Origin: the human T2T-CHM13v2.0 reference genome, Homo sapiens
Direction: 5' to 3' (one strand)
DNA length: 64,000 nucleotides
NCBI RefSeq assembly: GCF_009914755.1
Contig: NC_060929.1
Below are positions 30,300 to 45,065 of this stretch, piece after piece (the first letter of the stretch is position 1; every line of letters starts with the position of its first letter). Both the position numbers and the translations under genes were made by a program. The notes beneath the pieces were generated by a model that worked only from the letters and a program-made list of their open reading frames with translations, had not been told where the DNA came from and did no database searches.

Positions 30300-30705
30300 A
30301 ACTTAAAACAATAATCAGTTACTAGCTCACGAATCTGCAGATTGGGCAGGGCTCAGCAGGGGTGGCTTATCTCTGTTCCTCGTGACATTCTCTGAAGATG
30401 AAAGGTCCAAGACTGCTTCTTCACTCACATGCCTATTGCTTCAGCTGGGATACTGGAACACTTGGGGGGCTGTTGGCATCTCTTCCTCCTAGCACGAAGA
30501 CTGGGTTGCAAAGAGTATTGTTTCGAGAGGCAAGTCTCAACATGCAGGCTCTTCTCAAGCCTCCACTTCATTGTGTTTGCTAATGCCTTATTGTCCAAAG
30601 CTAGTTGCATGCCCAAACCCAGAATTGATGTGATAGGGAACTACACAAGAATGTAAATACTGGGAGGTATGGTTCATGGGGGCCATCAAAATGAAAGTTT
30701 ACAAC
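30300..30705 (-). mobile_element. MLT1-type MaLR solo LTR
   Basis: CTTAAAACAATAA...TTGGGCAGGGCTCAGCAGGG...CTTCACTCACATG...GGGGCCATC; typical antisense MLT1 motifs. Confidence 0.7.
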
Positions 30706-30779
30706 AAGTATAAACAGAACTGTCTTCCTTCCCCACACCCCACCCCCAAAACCCACTTTGGGCATATATGCTAGACAAA

Positions 30780-32050
30780 GTTACCCCTCATTCTTTTTAA
30801 CAGTTACATAGCCTTTCATTAGCTGGATAAATCATGGTTTATTTAATGAATGATATACTAATGAACATTTATAATCTTTTTAACCTTTTGTTACTGAAAA
30901 CAGTGCTTCAAAAGTATTTTTATACGTATGTCATCTTGTACATCTGTGAGCATGTATCTGTGAACATATCCATAGGCTGGATACCTAGCAGGTCAAAATG
31001 ACGTGTGCATGCATAATTGGCTTTTTTTGTTTGTTTTTACTTTTTGTAACTGCTTTTTTAAAAATAATGGCTTTATTGATGTGTAATTCATCTACTGTAC
31101 AATTCACCTGTTTAGATTGTACAATTCAGTGTTTTATAGTATATTCACAGGGTTGTGTAGCCATTATTACGGTCGGTTTTTAAACATCTTTATTACCCCA
31201 ATAAGATATCCTAGACCTATTAGCAGTATTAAAGCAAAATAGGTAGTAGGTAGCCTGGGGTTGTTTCTACACCTGGAAATGAAACCAACCTTTAGCCAAT
31301 CACAAACAGCCAGCCAGCCTATTTGTTATATAACTAGGGACTTTGCATAATGCCATGCCCAAGTAAGGCAAACACCTAGCTGTAGCCAATCAGCTGATTC
31401 CTTTGCTTTGCTTTGCTTTGTGTTCAGCCTGTAAAAGCTGGCTGTTCAAGGTGCTAGATCAGAGATCTCTGAACTTGCGGTTTTGAGTACCACTTGGTTC
31501 ATGAATCATTCTTTGCTCAAATAAACTCTGTTAAATTTATTTTGTCTAAAGTTTTCCATTTAACAACAGTCTCTCCCAACCCTAGGCAACCACTAATCTA
31601 TTTTCTCTATATATATAATTTGCCTATTCTGGACATTTCATATAAATGGGATCACTTAATAGGTGATCTTTTATGACTGGCTTCTTTCACTTAGTATCAT
31701 ATTTTCAAGGTTCATCCATGCTATAGCATGTGTTAGTACTCCATTTTTAATTGCAGAGCAATATTGTATGGATATACCACATTTTGTTTATCTATTAGTT
31801 GATGGACATTTGAGCTGCTCCTGTTTGGTGGCTATTATGAATAATGCTACTGTGAACATTTGTGTACAAGTTTTCAGGTGGACATATATTCTCATTTCTC
31901 TTGAGTTTATACCTAGGAATGGAATTGCTGGGTAATACGTTTAACATTTTGAGGAACTGCTATACTGTTTTCCAAACCAGCTGCACATTTTACATTCTGC
32001 CAGCACCATATGAGAATTCTAATTGCTTTGTGGTCTTGCCAACATTTATT
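30780..32050 (-). mobile_element. L1M 3'-region fragment(s), split by a solo LTR
   Basis: TTTGCCTATTCTGGACATTTCATATAAATGG...CTTCTTTCACTTAG...TTCATCCATG...ATACCTAGGAATGGAATTGCTGGGT. Confidence 0.8.
31227..31565 (+). mobile_element. ERV1-class solo LTR in sense orientation
   Basis: T(A)TTAAA...TTTAACA ends, GCAG/ACAG near-TSD, CCAAT boxes at 31296 and 31386, AATAAA at 31520. Confidence 0.8.
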
Positions 32051-32636
32051 ACCCTTAACTATTTAATTAGGGATCCAAAAAACTGGAATTTCCACTGGAC
32101 ATTGATGGAAAGACCAAGTTCTAGGAAAGTTAGTATAGTGAGAGTGTTATATATTATCCTCACCCTAGGAGCGTTTTTGTCAGCTTCCACTAATTTGTTT
32201 TTATTGAGGAAGAGTCTGCAGAGTGTATGTTGGGAGGCATTCCATGGCAGCGTTTGTAAATTTCCTGTTAAAGAAGATTAATAAAGCCTTCAATAGATCC
32301 CAGGAAGTTGAATTTTTAGTTTTTACTACTAGACACAGCATTCTGCCTGCTTATGATATATACTTTCTATGCTTTTTGTTTTGGTTTATATTAGATGTTT
32401 CAAAGAACTCAAATGTTAATAGAATAATTTATAAAATTACCACATGGTTGTCTCTCTCAGCCAGATATTTATCAACATTTATGGGGATGACTGAGATTTT
32501 AAAAGTTCACCTGAGATGAGTATGTCAGACAAAATCATTTAGCCTTTGTTCCATAATATTTTAAATCTGACATTTTTTCAGACTATAATCTGCCACATGA
32601 CTGTCTTGTATGATCTTCTTTGGATAATAGTTTCTT

Positions 32637-32927
32637 TTTTTTTTTTTTTTGAGATGGAGCCTCGCTCTGTTGCCCAGGCTGGAGTGCAGTGGCACAATCT
32701 CGGCTTACTGCAACCTCCATCCCAGGTTCAAGTGATTCTCCTGCCTCAGCCTCAGAGTAGCTGGGATTACAGGCATGTGCCATCACACCCAGCTGATTTT
32801 TTGTATTTTTAGTAGAGATGGGTTTCACCATGTTAACCCGGATGGTCTGGATCTCCTGACCTCATGATCCGCCCTCCTCGGCCTCCCAAAGTGCTGGGAT
32901 TACAGGCGTGAGCCACCATGCCTGACC
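32637..32927 (-). mobile_element. Alu (AluS, Sc-like) with 15-bp TSD
   Basis: GGATAATAGTTTCTT at 32622-32636 and 32928-32942. Confidence 0.96.
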
Positions 32928-32955
32928 GGATAATAGTTTCTTAATTAAGAAATGA

Positions 32956-33291
<336 letters not shown>

Positions 33292-33594
33292 TAGTAAACA
33301 AAGTTAAACTTAAAATGTATTTTAGGCTAATATTTTTCTTTAATGTATTTATGAGGTTTTACTATCTTAATATACCATAGAATAGAAATTTGATCTATTT
33401 AATAAATTCAGTGAAAATGAAAGATTAAATCATGGAAATAGCTGTAGATTTTTCTTATATACAAAGATAATGAAGAATATGAATTAATAGAAACTTTAGT
33501 ATAAAAAGTTGGAAATATTGTAAAAGTGATAAATTTAGAAGTTCTTGTGAACCACAGATGTATTAACCTATAGGTTTTCTTTTTAACTCTTTAG

Positions 33595-33735
<141 letters not shown>

Positions 33736-34083
33736 TAAAATTGTTAGCATATTCTTAGGATATATTCTTAAAATTTATCCTTCACTAAATTTAGGCAGTG
33801 ACCATTTTAAAGGTGTGAAGGTATGTAAGAATTAGTTGATGCTTATAAATAGTTCTCATGAGATATTTACTAAACTTTTTCTTCTAGCTTGAAAAAAACA
33901 AACACTGACCTGCTGTAAGAATGTTGTCCTTAGTAAAAACTATAATGTGTTCTTATTTTTGAAGCTCTTAAATCAACTTTATGAAAAACATGCAAATTAA
34001 AGATAAATAATTCAGCCTCTAGAACTCTTCATATGTATAATTATGGCACAAATATCATTGTTACTGTCTTTTTCCAATGTTAG

Positions 34084-34260
<177 letters not shown>

Positions 34261-34385
34261 TAATCCAGTGTTACTTTTAATTTTAGGGGTAATTTTTTAT
34301 ATCTACTTGTTAAGTTGCTCTAAAATGATTTAATTATTGAATCTTGGCTTTCAAGTTAAAATCAAGGGTGAAGATACTAAAAGTT

Positions 34386-34662
34386 CGCTGGGCATGGTGG
34401 CTTGTGCCTGTAATCCCAGCACCTTGGGAGACTAAGGCAGAAGGATTGCTTGAGCCCAGGAGTTCAAGACCAGCCTGGGCAACATAGGGATACCCCAACT
34501 CTACAGAAGTAAAATAATTAGCTGGGAGTGGTGATACCTGTAGTCCCAGTTACTCGAGAGGCCAAGGCAGGAGGATCGCTTGAACCCAGGAGTTCAAGTC
34601 TCCAGTGACCTATGATCGCACCACTGCCTAGGTGACAGAACAAGACCCTGTCTCTTAAAAAA
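34386..34662 (+). mobile_element. Alu (AluJ-like), followed by (TG)/(TATG) microsatellite to ~34740
   Basis: GGATTGCTTGAGCCCAGGAGTTCAAG, ACCCTGTCTC. Confidence 0.93.
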
Positions 34663-35296
34663 TATGTGGGTGTGTGTATGTATGTATGTCTGTATGTATG
34701 TATGTATGTTAAAGGTCATGTGAGTGTGTGTGTGTATATAGACGTTTTGTGCTAAAAACTACAGCATTCATGTGAATCTTCTTTCTGTTCTGTATATTGC
34801 TTTATTGGTTTTAGTGTAAAAATTAGATTTTTAAAAATTAATCCACAAAGGAGTGCTGCTTCTCTTACCAGGGCACCTTCTATGTTATTCCCGAAGTGCC
34901 CAGTTTGAGAAGCATTGTTCTGAGTGGTTAAATCCTGTCTTCATCCTATTAATCTGTTAAGTATTGTAACTACCTCAAAATTCATGAAGAATGAAAAAGT
35001 GACAGGGTCGTAACAAGGGTGCAGTGAAGAGAAGAGAGGTTTTCTTCATCTGTGGAAAAAGTAAATGTTTGAAGAATTTTCTTAATTTTGATTAAATGAA
35101 ATAATTTTAGAATCCTAGAGTTTTACGAGTTTTTAGACATTGAAGATTTTCTAGTTGGCATGTCTCAGTGACACAGCGATAAGTGAAGCCAAGAGGTTAT
35201 GCAGCTCATTTGAGGAAAGGTATAGCCAGAACCTGGGTATCTTTGTTTTACCCCTCATCTCTTCTAAATAAAATGAAAAAAATGAGCTTTATTTCT

Positions 35297-35386
35297 CCAG
35301 CCTCCTGAACTCCTAGCCCCAAGCATTCCTCCCACCTCAGCGTCCCAAAGTGCTGGGATTACAAGTGTGAACCACCACACCCAGCT
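35297..35386 (-). mobile_element. Alu/FLAM 5' fragment
   Basis: GAACTCCTAG...CCCAAAGTGCTGGGATTACAAGTGTGAACCACC. Confidence 0.85.
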
Positions 35387-36364
35387 CCTTTTTCCTTTTG
35401 AGTGACATTTCTGTAACTTTTTACTGTGGAGAAAAATAACAGATGCTTAAAACCAAGTAGTCAAAATAGAAAGTTTCTCTCTGAGGTTAAATATATATAT
35501 TTGGATTTGCATATCCATGGGGGGAATCACAAAAGTTATCTTGGTTACTGAGATTGTACTGTACATACATAGATAGATTTTTGTTTCGTATAACCACTAT
35601 TTTTATATCTAAGATCAATAAAAAGAAAATACAGAGGAAATTTATCTGGAGGTCTGATTACATACAATTTTAAATGTTATGCACAAAACAATAATAAAAG
35701 AATTAGGATAAACAAATTTAAAATTCAATTGAAAATGAAGGGCATAAAGAGAATATCCACCAAAAAAGAATTTTAAGGGGCTAAGAAACACAAAAACTGT
35801 TCAGTCAACCTAATAACCGAAGAAATGTTCATTTTTTAAAAAAAGATACCAGTTTTTATTTACCGAAATAATGAAGACTTTTTAAATGATGTAATTCAGT
35901 TATTGTAAGCATGTGCTTGATCGTATGTAAAGCCGTATAGCCTTTTGAAGAAAAAAGGAATATGGCTTTTAAAAACATTTATATTCATTGATCCAGTAAA
36001 TGTTCTTCTTAAGTAAAAGTTTAATCTGAGAAATGCAAAAGCCTCACATATATCATATATGACTGTTTCTCATAGTATTATGGTGAAAAAGTAGAAACAG
36101 TTTAAATATCCAACAGCAATTGAATGATTAAATTAGCATATGCCCATGTTACAAATGTCATGTAGGCATTAAAATTATGCTTTTGGAGAACGTTGAATGG
36201 CCTGGGAAAATGTCAATAAGTAAAACCAAATCTAGGTTATAATAATATATTATGCATGAACCCAGTTTTATATAGAAAAGGTATTACAAGTATGTAAAAA
36301 TCGGAAGGAATAAAAACTTCACTGGTTATTAATAGGAGGTGCTATTATGGGTAACTTTTTTTAA

Positions 36365-36542
36365 ACTTTAAATATTTTGTGGTCCATTTGGTCTCTTTTA
36401 AAACTACTCAGCTCTGCCCTTATATCCTGAAAATAGCCAAAGACGATATATAAATGAACGGGATGGCTATGTTCAGTAAAACTGTATTTACACAAGTAGT
36501 CCACAGGCTGATTTGTTTTCCTTATAAGTTCATTACTCCCTG
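36365..36542. mobile_element. MER58A-like hAT element
   Basis: AACTACTCAGCTCTGCC...TAAATGAACGGGATGGCTATGTTCAGTAAAACTGTATTTAC. Confidence 0.7.
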
Positions 36543-36556
36543 CTCTATACTTGTAA

Positions 36557-36938
<382 letters not shown>

Positions 36939-37059
36939 GTAATGGTTTCTTAAAATGTAAAAATATGGAAACAGCTTATATGTCCAACATTAATGGATAC
37001 TTAAAACAGGATCTATCTAGTCAGTGGAAAATTATGATGGCATTAAAAATTATGTGGTG

Positions 37060-37750
37060 GAAGCAACCCAGGTGTCCATCAATAAATGAATGGATAAAAT
37101 GTGGTATATACACATAGTGGAATATTACTCAGCTTTACAAAGGAAGGAAGTGTGCTACAACATGGATGAACCTTTAGGACATTATTCTAAGCAAAATAAG
37201 CCAGTCACAAAAAGACAAATATTGTATAATTGCACTTACATGAGATACTTAGTCAAAACCATAGAGACAGAAAGTAGAATGAGCCTAGGTGGGAGGATAT
37301 GTTGACCAGCCTGGGCAACATAGTGTGACCCTGTCTGTACCAAAAAAAAAAAAGAGAAAAGAAAGAAAAGGAAAATTAGCCAGGCATGGGTGGCATGCCC
37401 CTGTGGTCCCAGCTACTCAGGAGGCTGAGGCAGGAGGATCTCTTGAGCCCAGAAGTTCAAGGCTGCAGTGAGCTATACTTGTGCCGCTGTACTACAGTCT
37501 GGGTGACAGAGCAAGAACCTGTCTCAAAAAAATGTAGAATGGTGGTTGCCAGAGGCTGGAGGAAGGAGATCATGGAAAATGGTGTTTAATGGGTATAGGG
37601 TTTCAGTTTTACAAGATGAAAAGGATACTGGAGACACATAGTGGTGATGGTTGCACAGCGTGAAGGCATTTAATACCACTCACGTGTACACTTAAAAATG
37701 GTTAAGATGGTAAATTTTATGTTTTGCATATGTTGCCACAACAAAAAAAG
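37060..37750 (+). mobile_element. L1MB-type 3' end, interrupted by a 5'-truncated AluJ (37282-37532)
   Basis: GAATGGATAAAATGTGGTATATACA...CTTAAAAATGGTTAAGATGGTAAATTTTATG; GTAGAATG repeated on both sides of the Alu. Confidence 0.85.
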
Positions 37751-38330
37751 AATTATGTATATGAAGAGTTTAAGTGCAATTTTATAATAAAAATTTTTAA
37801 AATATGAAATAGTGCATATATATACATAAATGATCTGAACAATGCTTACAAAATATGTACTTGGAAAAAAGATGGGCAGGAAATACCCCGGAATGGTATT
37901 CTTTTTGTTGTCAGAGAAGTATTTAATAAGTTGCACTTATAATTTGACTAAATTGTGAAACTTTATTTTCCTCTATGAATAAGCTTAATTTTGGTATAAT
38001 TATTTGAAGGGTTAGTTGACCTTGGATTATTTTTGCCATGAATATTTTTATTATAGGTAGTTGTATACATCATTTCTGTAATGCTGCTGTTAATTCTTTG
38101 TTACTAATGCATGCATAGTCTTGACAGTTTTTCCCCATCCTAAGTAGCTCCATAATTAGGAAAAGAGATGGGCAGGTACATCAGGAGGGACAGACTAGTA
38201 AGTGTGCCTTCATCACAGGAATCACGCATTATGACTTTGCTGACTTGTTTGACTAGCTTTTTGGAAAGCTTTTTGTGCATTTGGGGAACTGGTTATTTTG
38301 CTGGTAGTTACTCAGATCTGTTTTTCAGGG

Positions 38331-38431
38331 AAAAGTAGTTACTGTTTTTGCCATTACTTCTAATGGCAAAATTAGAATTAAAAAAATTAGAAGTAATGGC
38401 AAAAACCGCAATTACTTTTGCACCAACCTAA
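38331..38431. mobile_element. MADE1 (Hsmar1-derived MITE), rearranged
   Basis: Intact right end AATGGCAAAAACCGCAATTACTTTTGCACCAACCTAA; degenerate left arm. Confidence 0.9.
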
Positions 38432-40056
38432 TAGTTTAAGATAGTAGAAGTGCAATATTGGGCCTAGCTTAGCAGACTCTGAAATTTATAGATGTTGTAA
38501 GTTTATGGCATATTCTTCTCAGATAAAAGTGTAATGATAGATCTGCCACAAACTGATTTTATGATTTGAGGCAACTTATTTAACATCCCAGAGCCTTGTC
38601 TTTATATTATAATGGAAATACGGCTATTGATTTTAAAAGCCATCCCTCACATCATGAAGGTTTAAATAAAAACATTTATGAAATAGAAAACTAAAGCCCT
38701 CTTTAGCCTGGCTGCACACAAAATAACTACTGTTAACTATTTCATACAACTTTTAAAAATTACATAAATCAAGGAATGAAACTCTTCTTTGCACACTTCG
38801 TACTTCAGCAAACACATGCACGCACGTTCCCCCATCCATGTTTCTCTCAACTTTCTTACTGTTTTTAAACAAATACAAAGTCATGCCATATGTTCTGGTG
38901 TGCAGTTTTCTTTTACTTTTACTTTATATATCAAGAATATTTTTCCACATCATCACCAAATTACATACTTTTTTCTTTTCATGGCTGTATAAGATTATGT
39001 TGGTACACCATAATTTATTTAGCCATTGCCTTAATTAATGTACATTAAGTACATCTCCACTTTTTGGTTTACATACTTAAAATATGTAGCGATAACATCC
39101 TAGAAAATAGGATTTTTAGGTCATGAATATATACCATGTAGTATTTTAAGAAATACTAACAAAATTTCCTTCCAGAGATTTTAGTTTTTACTCCTACCAG
39201 CAGTCTATATGAGAACCTGGTTTTCTGTGCCATTATCAGGGCCAGATGTTACCAATCTATTATTTTTTATTCCAATTGCCTTTTTATTTCCTTTGTCCAT
39301 TGTACTATTTATTAGTATTTTTCTAACTGATTTTTAAAAGTACTTTGTATGTTAGAAATACTCAAGTATATGCAATATAATTAACCATTATGTTGCGATT
39401 TTGCCATAAATGGAATCATCCTATACATGGTAGTTTTATTTTGACCTCATTTATGGATTTCTCTGTTCCTTTTTAAAGGCTTCAAGGTGTCTGGGTTTGC
39501 CATAATTTGTTTAGCCTCTTTTTGGCATTCATTTGGTTGTTTTGATTTCTTTTCGTTATTCTAAATAATATTGCAGTGGACATTTTCATACATATATCTC
39601 TATATATTTATCTTTTTATTTTCTTACGATACATTCCTAGAAGTCTAGGTGAAAGATTGTGTACACTTAAAATGTGATGTGTTCCTAGATTCATTTCTGG
39701 GAAAGTTGGATCAGTTCATACTGCCACCAGAAATTTCTGAAATAGGCATTTAAATTTAGGATGTGGAATCTTTGAGCTCTAAGGTCCGCCAGTACTTAAA
39801 ATCTTGAAACTGGTACCATGTAGTGTATTTTTATACATAGTCAAACCTGTTGGTCTATTCAAAAGGTACAGTAGCAGAATTTGGGGGATACAAATGTTTC
39901 TTTCTAAGATTGCAGTCTGTGTATTGAATTGTTTTCATAGCAAAGAAGGTTAACTCACACCTACAATCTATAAATACTCGTGTGTTAATCTGATTTTAAA
40001 TTACTGTATATTAATAGTGTAAATATGTATCTCTTAGTTATATAAGATGCTCTTAA

Positions 40057-40332
<276 letters not shown>

Positions 40333-40894
40333 TGAGCTAACTATGTTATTTAAGAGTGTAACATGGCTTGAGGGGAAATTGGTGAGAGAATAAAAAAAGT
40401 ATATCTAAGTCCTAAGTCCTATGTGAAAAGTTTTCAACAAATGGGAATGTAGGATCTTTAGGAGATGACCTGTGTGAGCAAAGAAATGCAATAAAGTGTG
40501 TGTGACATATGTGATAATGGAAGAAGTGCACAGAATTAGAAACAATTTCAATCTGGAAGGTATACATGAAGGGAAGGAGGTGGAAGAAGACCTGGGCAGG
40601 CATTACAGAAAGGCTAGCATCAAAGTAAGGTTTGGAAGGACTTTACCTGGTAGTCAAACAGGGCAGAATGTTTTGAAAAATAGTAAGCAGAGTACATGTT
40701 ATCAGAATGAATAAAATAGCATTTGCAAATCAAAATCATTTAACCTGCTGTGTTTACTTGCTTTCAGATAAACATTTAATTAGATTATTTTTGAGGTTCC
40801 TTCTATATAAATTCTATAATTATAAACAGTTATGAAATAAAAATAATGTTAAACATTTACATTTTTGTAAGATTTTGTTTCTGTAATTTTTCAG

Positions 40895-40976
40895 GGGCAG
40901 AAGAGTGTAGAAGAAATAGAGAACCTTTAATATGTCCCCTTTGTAGATCTAAGTGGAGATCTCATGATTTCTACAG
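40895..40976 (+). CDS. MAP3K1: MAP3K1 exon 8 (82 nt), RING/PHD C-terminal half
   Basis: ttcag|GGGCAG ... CTACAG|gtaata; [20 protein letters not shown]. Confidence 0.96.
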
Positions 40977-41016
40977 GTAATAATTTTGAAATGATACGGA
41001 TATGTTTAATTTTTAA

Positions 41017-41346
<330 letters not shown>

Positions 41347-43261
41347 TAAAAAAACACTTTTACTTGCCTCCATCATGACCTTCATTCCACTGGAAATTTT
41401 AATGTTACTTTTGGTATTAATACTATACTGCTTATTGTACAGCTTCAACTTCAAAACTTCTTGTGGTTTCACTTCACATATCTAGAAACATCTCTTCCTG
41501 AACTAACGGACATACGGGGTTATTCAAGGATAGAAGGATAGAAACCAGAACCCTTCAATGCTAACTTTTCCCAATGTTTAATCCCCGTGCCTGCCAAGAA
41601 TTTTTATCATGTTTCTTATTTGCTGCCATTTAAAATTAATTTCTCTTTTCATATCCTAATGGCATACAATGGGTGCTTAATAATTGCAGAGGAGATGAAT
41701 AAGAAAAAAATATGTGATGGTTACCTTGAGTTCATCATTTTTATTTGTAAGAACAGTTTCCCATCCCTTTACCATCTCTTCTGATTGAATGTTTTTTCAT
41801 CCTCAGTAAGTAGGGCTTTTTTGTCAGTTGGTTTGTAATGATTTTCTTGGTTGTTGAATGCTCAGTCTATTATTTTTTAAATGTAGGATCTAAAACCAGA
41901 CGGGTCTCCAGTAGACAATAATAAAGTAAAATAATTATTTTCAATAATCTGTTAAATTCTGTTGAATTAAATTTGTGAACAGGTGCATTAACACATTGAG
42001 CTTATATATCATTAGGATTTGTTACATTTTTCTTTTGTGACCATTACAGTCCTGCAGCTTTGGAATTCTCTTAGCATATTAGCAACCCATTTATGAATCT
42101 AATAAAATCTGCAAAAATATTAAACACATTCTTGTACCTAGTTCATTAATGAAATTTAATGAACTATTAATGAACATAGGCCCTCACCTGCCCTTTCATG
42201 ACCCATCAAAGAACTCTCAAGTTGATTCTGAGCTGTTAGAGTTCATTCTTTCAAGCATATGGTCTAGTTTGTTTTGCCTAAGCTTTAGGTCAGACTAGGC
42301 TCTACATTCCTAGCTTTTTATTAAGCATGTTAGGTAAGACAGTTAAAACATAGGTAGTGGTACACTACTTAACAGTACCAGAAGCTCACTATATTCTAGT
42401 TGGTTCATTCTCCCATAATATCCCTTTATAACAAAACATATGTAAATAAGTATGTTATGATCTGTTTTTCAAAAGTTGTGTTTATTCATCTTTAATATTT
42501 AGGCATTTTTCACATAATGAATTATCTTAGGTATTAAGCTTACTTTTAGCTAATTGGCCCATAATGTCAAGACCATTCACCCTTTCCTCACTGTAGGGAC
42601 TCTGGCTTTTGGGGCATGGTATTGACGACGATAACAGCATATACTATAATTCTACGTCTACATTTATCCTTTGCTTACTCGAACACAAGCATTTTTTCTT
42701 CAGTTGTTTGATTTGTCCACTCCATTCGTTTTACAGTCCTACCTGTTTTGTCTAGTTTTTTAAACCTTTTTATACAGACAAAAACCAATTAAATGTGTTT
42801 TGCTTATTGCTCTTGTCTGTAAGAGAAATACTCTATATCTCTTGAAACCTTCTCCTGGTGCTTTTTTTGATTTGTTTTTTGTTTGTTTGTTTGTTTTCTT
42901 AATCTTGCTCCAGTTTTTCTCTTTAAACTACCTTAATATGAATACAGAGTTGAGGTTTTCACAGTTTTTTGGCGTTTTGGTAAGCATGTGGGACAGTAGA
43001 GGCATAGAATGTATGTATAGCCATCTAGTGACTTAATGGAGCTTATTATTAATTTTACCTGAGCTAATAAATATTAATGACTTTGGATAATTATCAGTTA
43101 AACTTGAGTATAAAATTCTTCCTTATGATGCTTAAGTGGCTGGATATATTTGAAGTTGTGAAGGATGGTAAAGATTTCAGAAATGTCCAGTTTTTACGTA
43201 GTAATCAAAAATGATGCTAAACTCAAAATGCTCTGGGTCCATAAGCTTTTCTTTACATTGA

Positions 43262-43582
<321 letters not shown>

Positions 43583-43812
43583 TAATCATATCATTATGGG
43601 TTTGGGGTTTTTTGATGGTTCGTAGATAGTGTTTTTAAGATACAATAAAGCTACTTTACCTAATTTTGGAAAATCCAAATTTTATTTTTATTCCATAATT
43701 CCAGGAAATTACAGCTTTTGTTTTGTTTATTTGAATTTTACTGATTTTTATGATGTCCAAGGTTTCTTATATAACTGTTTTACTTTTTAGTTTCATTGTT
43801 TTAAAGGCTTTG

Positions 43813-44004
43813 CAGGGGTATCCAAGGGAGAGAATATAGTCATGGTTTCTTAGTTTCTGTTTGGGCCAGTAAAGCTCCTTCCTCATCCTCCTTTTCCACT
43901 TACCACTAGAGACAGACTAAAAACCATGGCTTCAGGCTGCTAAAGCCTAAAACAAAACAAAACAAAACAGAACAACAACAAATAGGGTGAGCTAGACAAG
44001 CTTG
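43813..44004. mobile_element. MER30-family (MER30B-like) hAT element
   Basis: CAGGGGTATCCAA ... TAGACAAGCTTG termini with internal (CAAAA)n. Confidence 0.65.
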
Positions 44005-44373
44005 CTAATTTTTAAAGATTTTTTTAATGTCTTGCTGTTCATATCTGTACATTTTTCTGAGCAGATACCTTATACATGACCAAATTAAAAATGCTTTTTG
44101 GGATGGCAGAGTCATCAACGTTATTCTGATTTTTTAAAAAATTTATCAGATATTAAGGAAGATATGTTTTTAATAAACATTTTGATTGATTTTTAATAAA
44201 CATTGTCATGTGGAGATTCAAAAGCCTTTTCAAAGAAAAGGGTTCCATGACATAGATCATTGAGTTGTTTTCCAGTTTAACCTGTTAAAAGTTCTTTCAT
44301 GGGTGGAATAGAGTGACAAGGAGGTAATTTAGGAGACTAACTGGACTTTCTCCATTCTGCGTATATGTCTCTT

Positions 44374-44614
44374 TAGGGCTTCTCAGCCTCAGTACTATTA
44401 ACATTTGTTAGATAATTATTTGTTGGAGGGTGGGGGGAGGGCCAGGGATGTTGTCATGTGTGTACTGTGGCAGCATCTCTGGCCTCTACCCATTAGATAC
44501 CAGGAGCAAACCCACCCCCACCCGATCATGCCCCCAGTTATGACAACCAAGAATGTCTCCAGGCATTGCCAAATGTCTCCAGTGGTCAAAACTGCCCCCA
44601 ATTCAGAATCACTA
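44374..44614. mobile_element. MER20 hAT element
   Basis: CAGCATCTCTGGCCTCTACCCATTAGATACCAG...GACAACCAAGAATGTCTCCAGGCATTGCCAAATGTC. Confidence 0.85.
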
Positions 44615-44869
44615 CTTTAATTCTTATCTAGTCTGTTCTTAAAATTCATGAGCAGTCTGTAGGCTTCCTCCCTCAGTCTTTTTCTAATGCATCCTCTACC
44701 GATTGGGCCTAATGAATCTTCTTGACAGGTAATACAGCATGACAGTTACGAACATGGGTTTGGAGTCACAATTGAGTGATCTCATAATTTATCATTCCAA
44801 CCACAATGCTTGCATAATGTGCTGGTTAAAGTTGGACTAGCCTAGGCAATCTGAACACATGATCAAGAT

Positions 44870-45065
44870 CATAGAGACAGACCTGGATTCAAATTCTGGT
44901 TCTCCCTTTTACTAGCACGATGGCTTTATGAAGGTTACTTAACCTCTCTTAAATAAACTTCAGTTTTCTCACCCATAAAATAATGAAAATACCTTTTAGG
45001 TTTGAAATTAGATTATGTAGAAACTTTCAACCATATGCCTGGCACATTGTAAGAACATTTAATAT
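44870..45065 (+). mobile_element. MIR SINE
   Basis: AGACAGACCTGGATTCAAATTCTGG...TTACTTAACCTCTCT...CAGTTTTCTCACCCATAAAAT. Confidence 0.75.

Noticed and set aside
44167-44204. Short direct repeat TTTTTAATAAACATT x2, and similar micro-duplications near 17758 and 42142
   Set aside because: Low-complexity AT-rich slippage products that are expected by chance.
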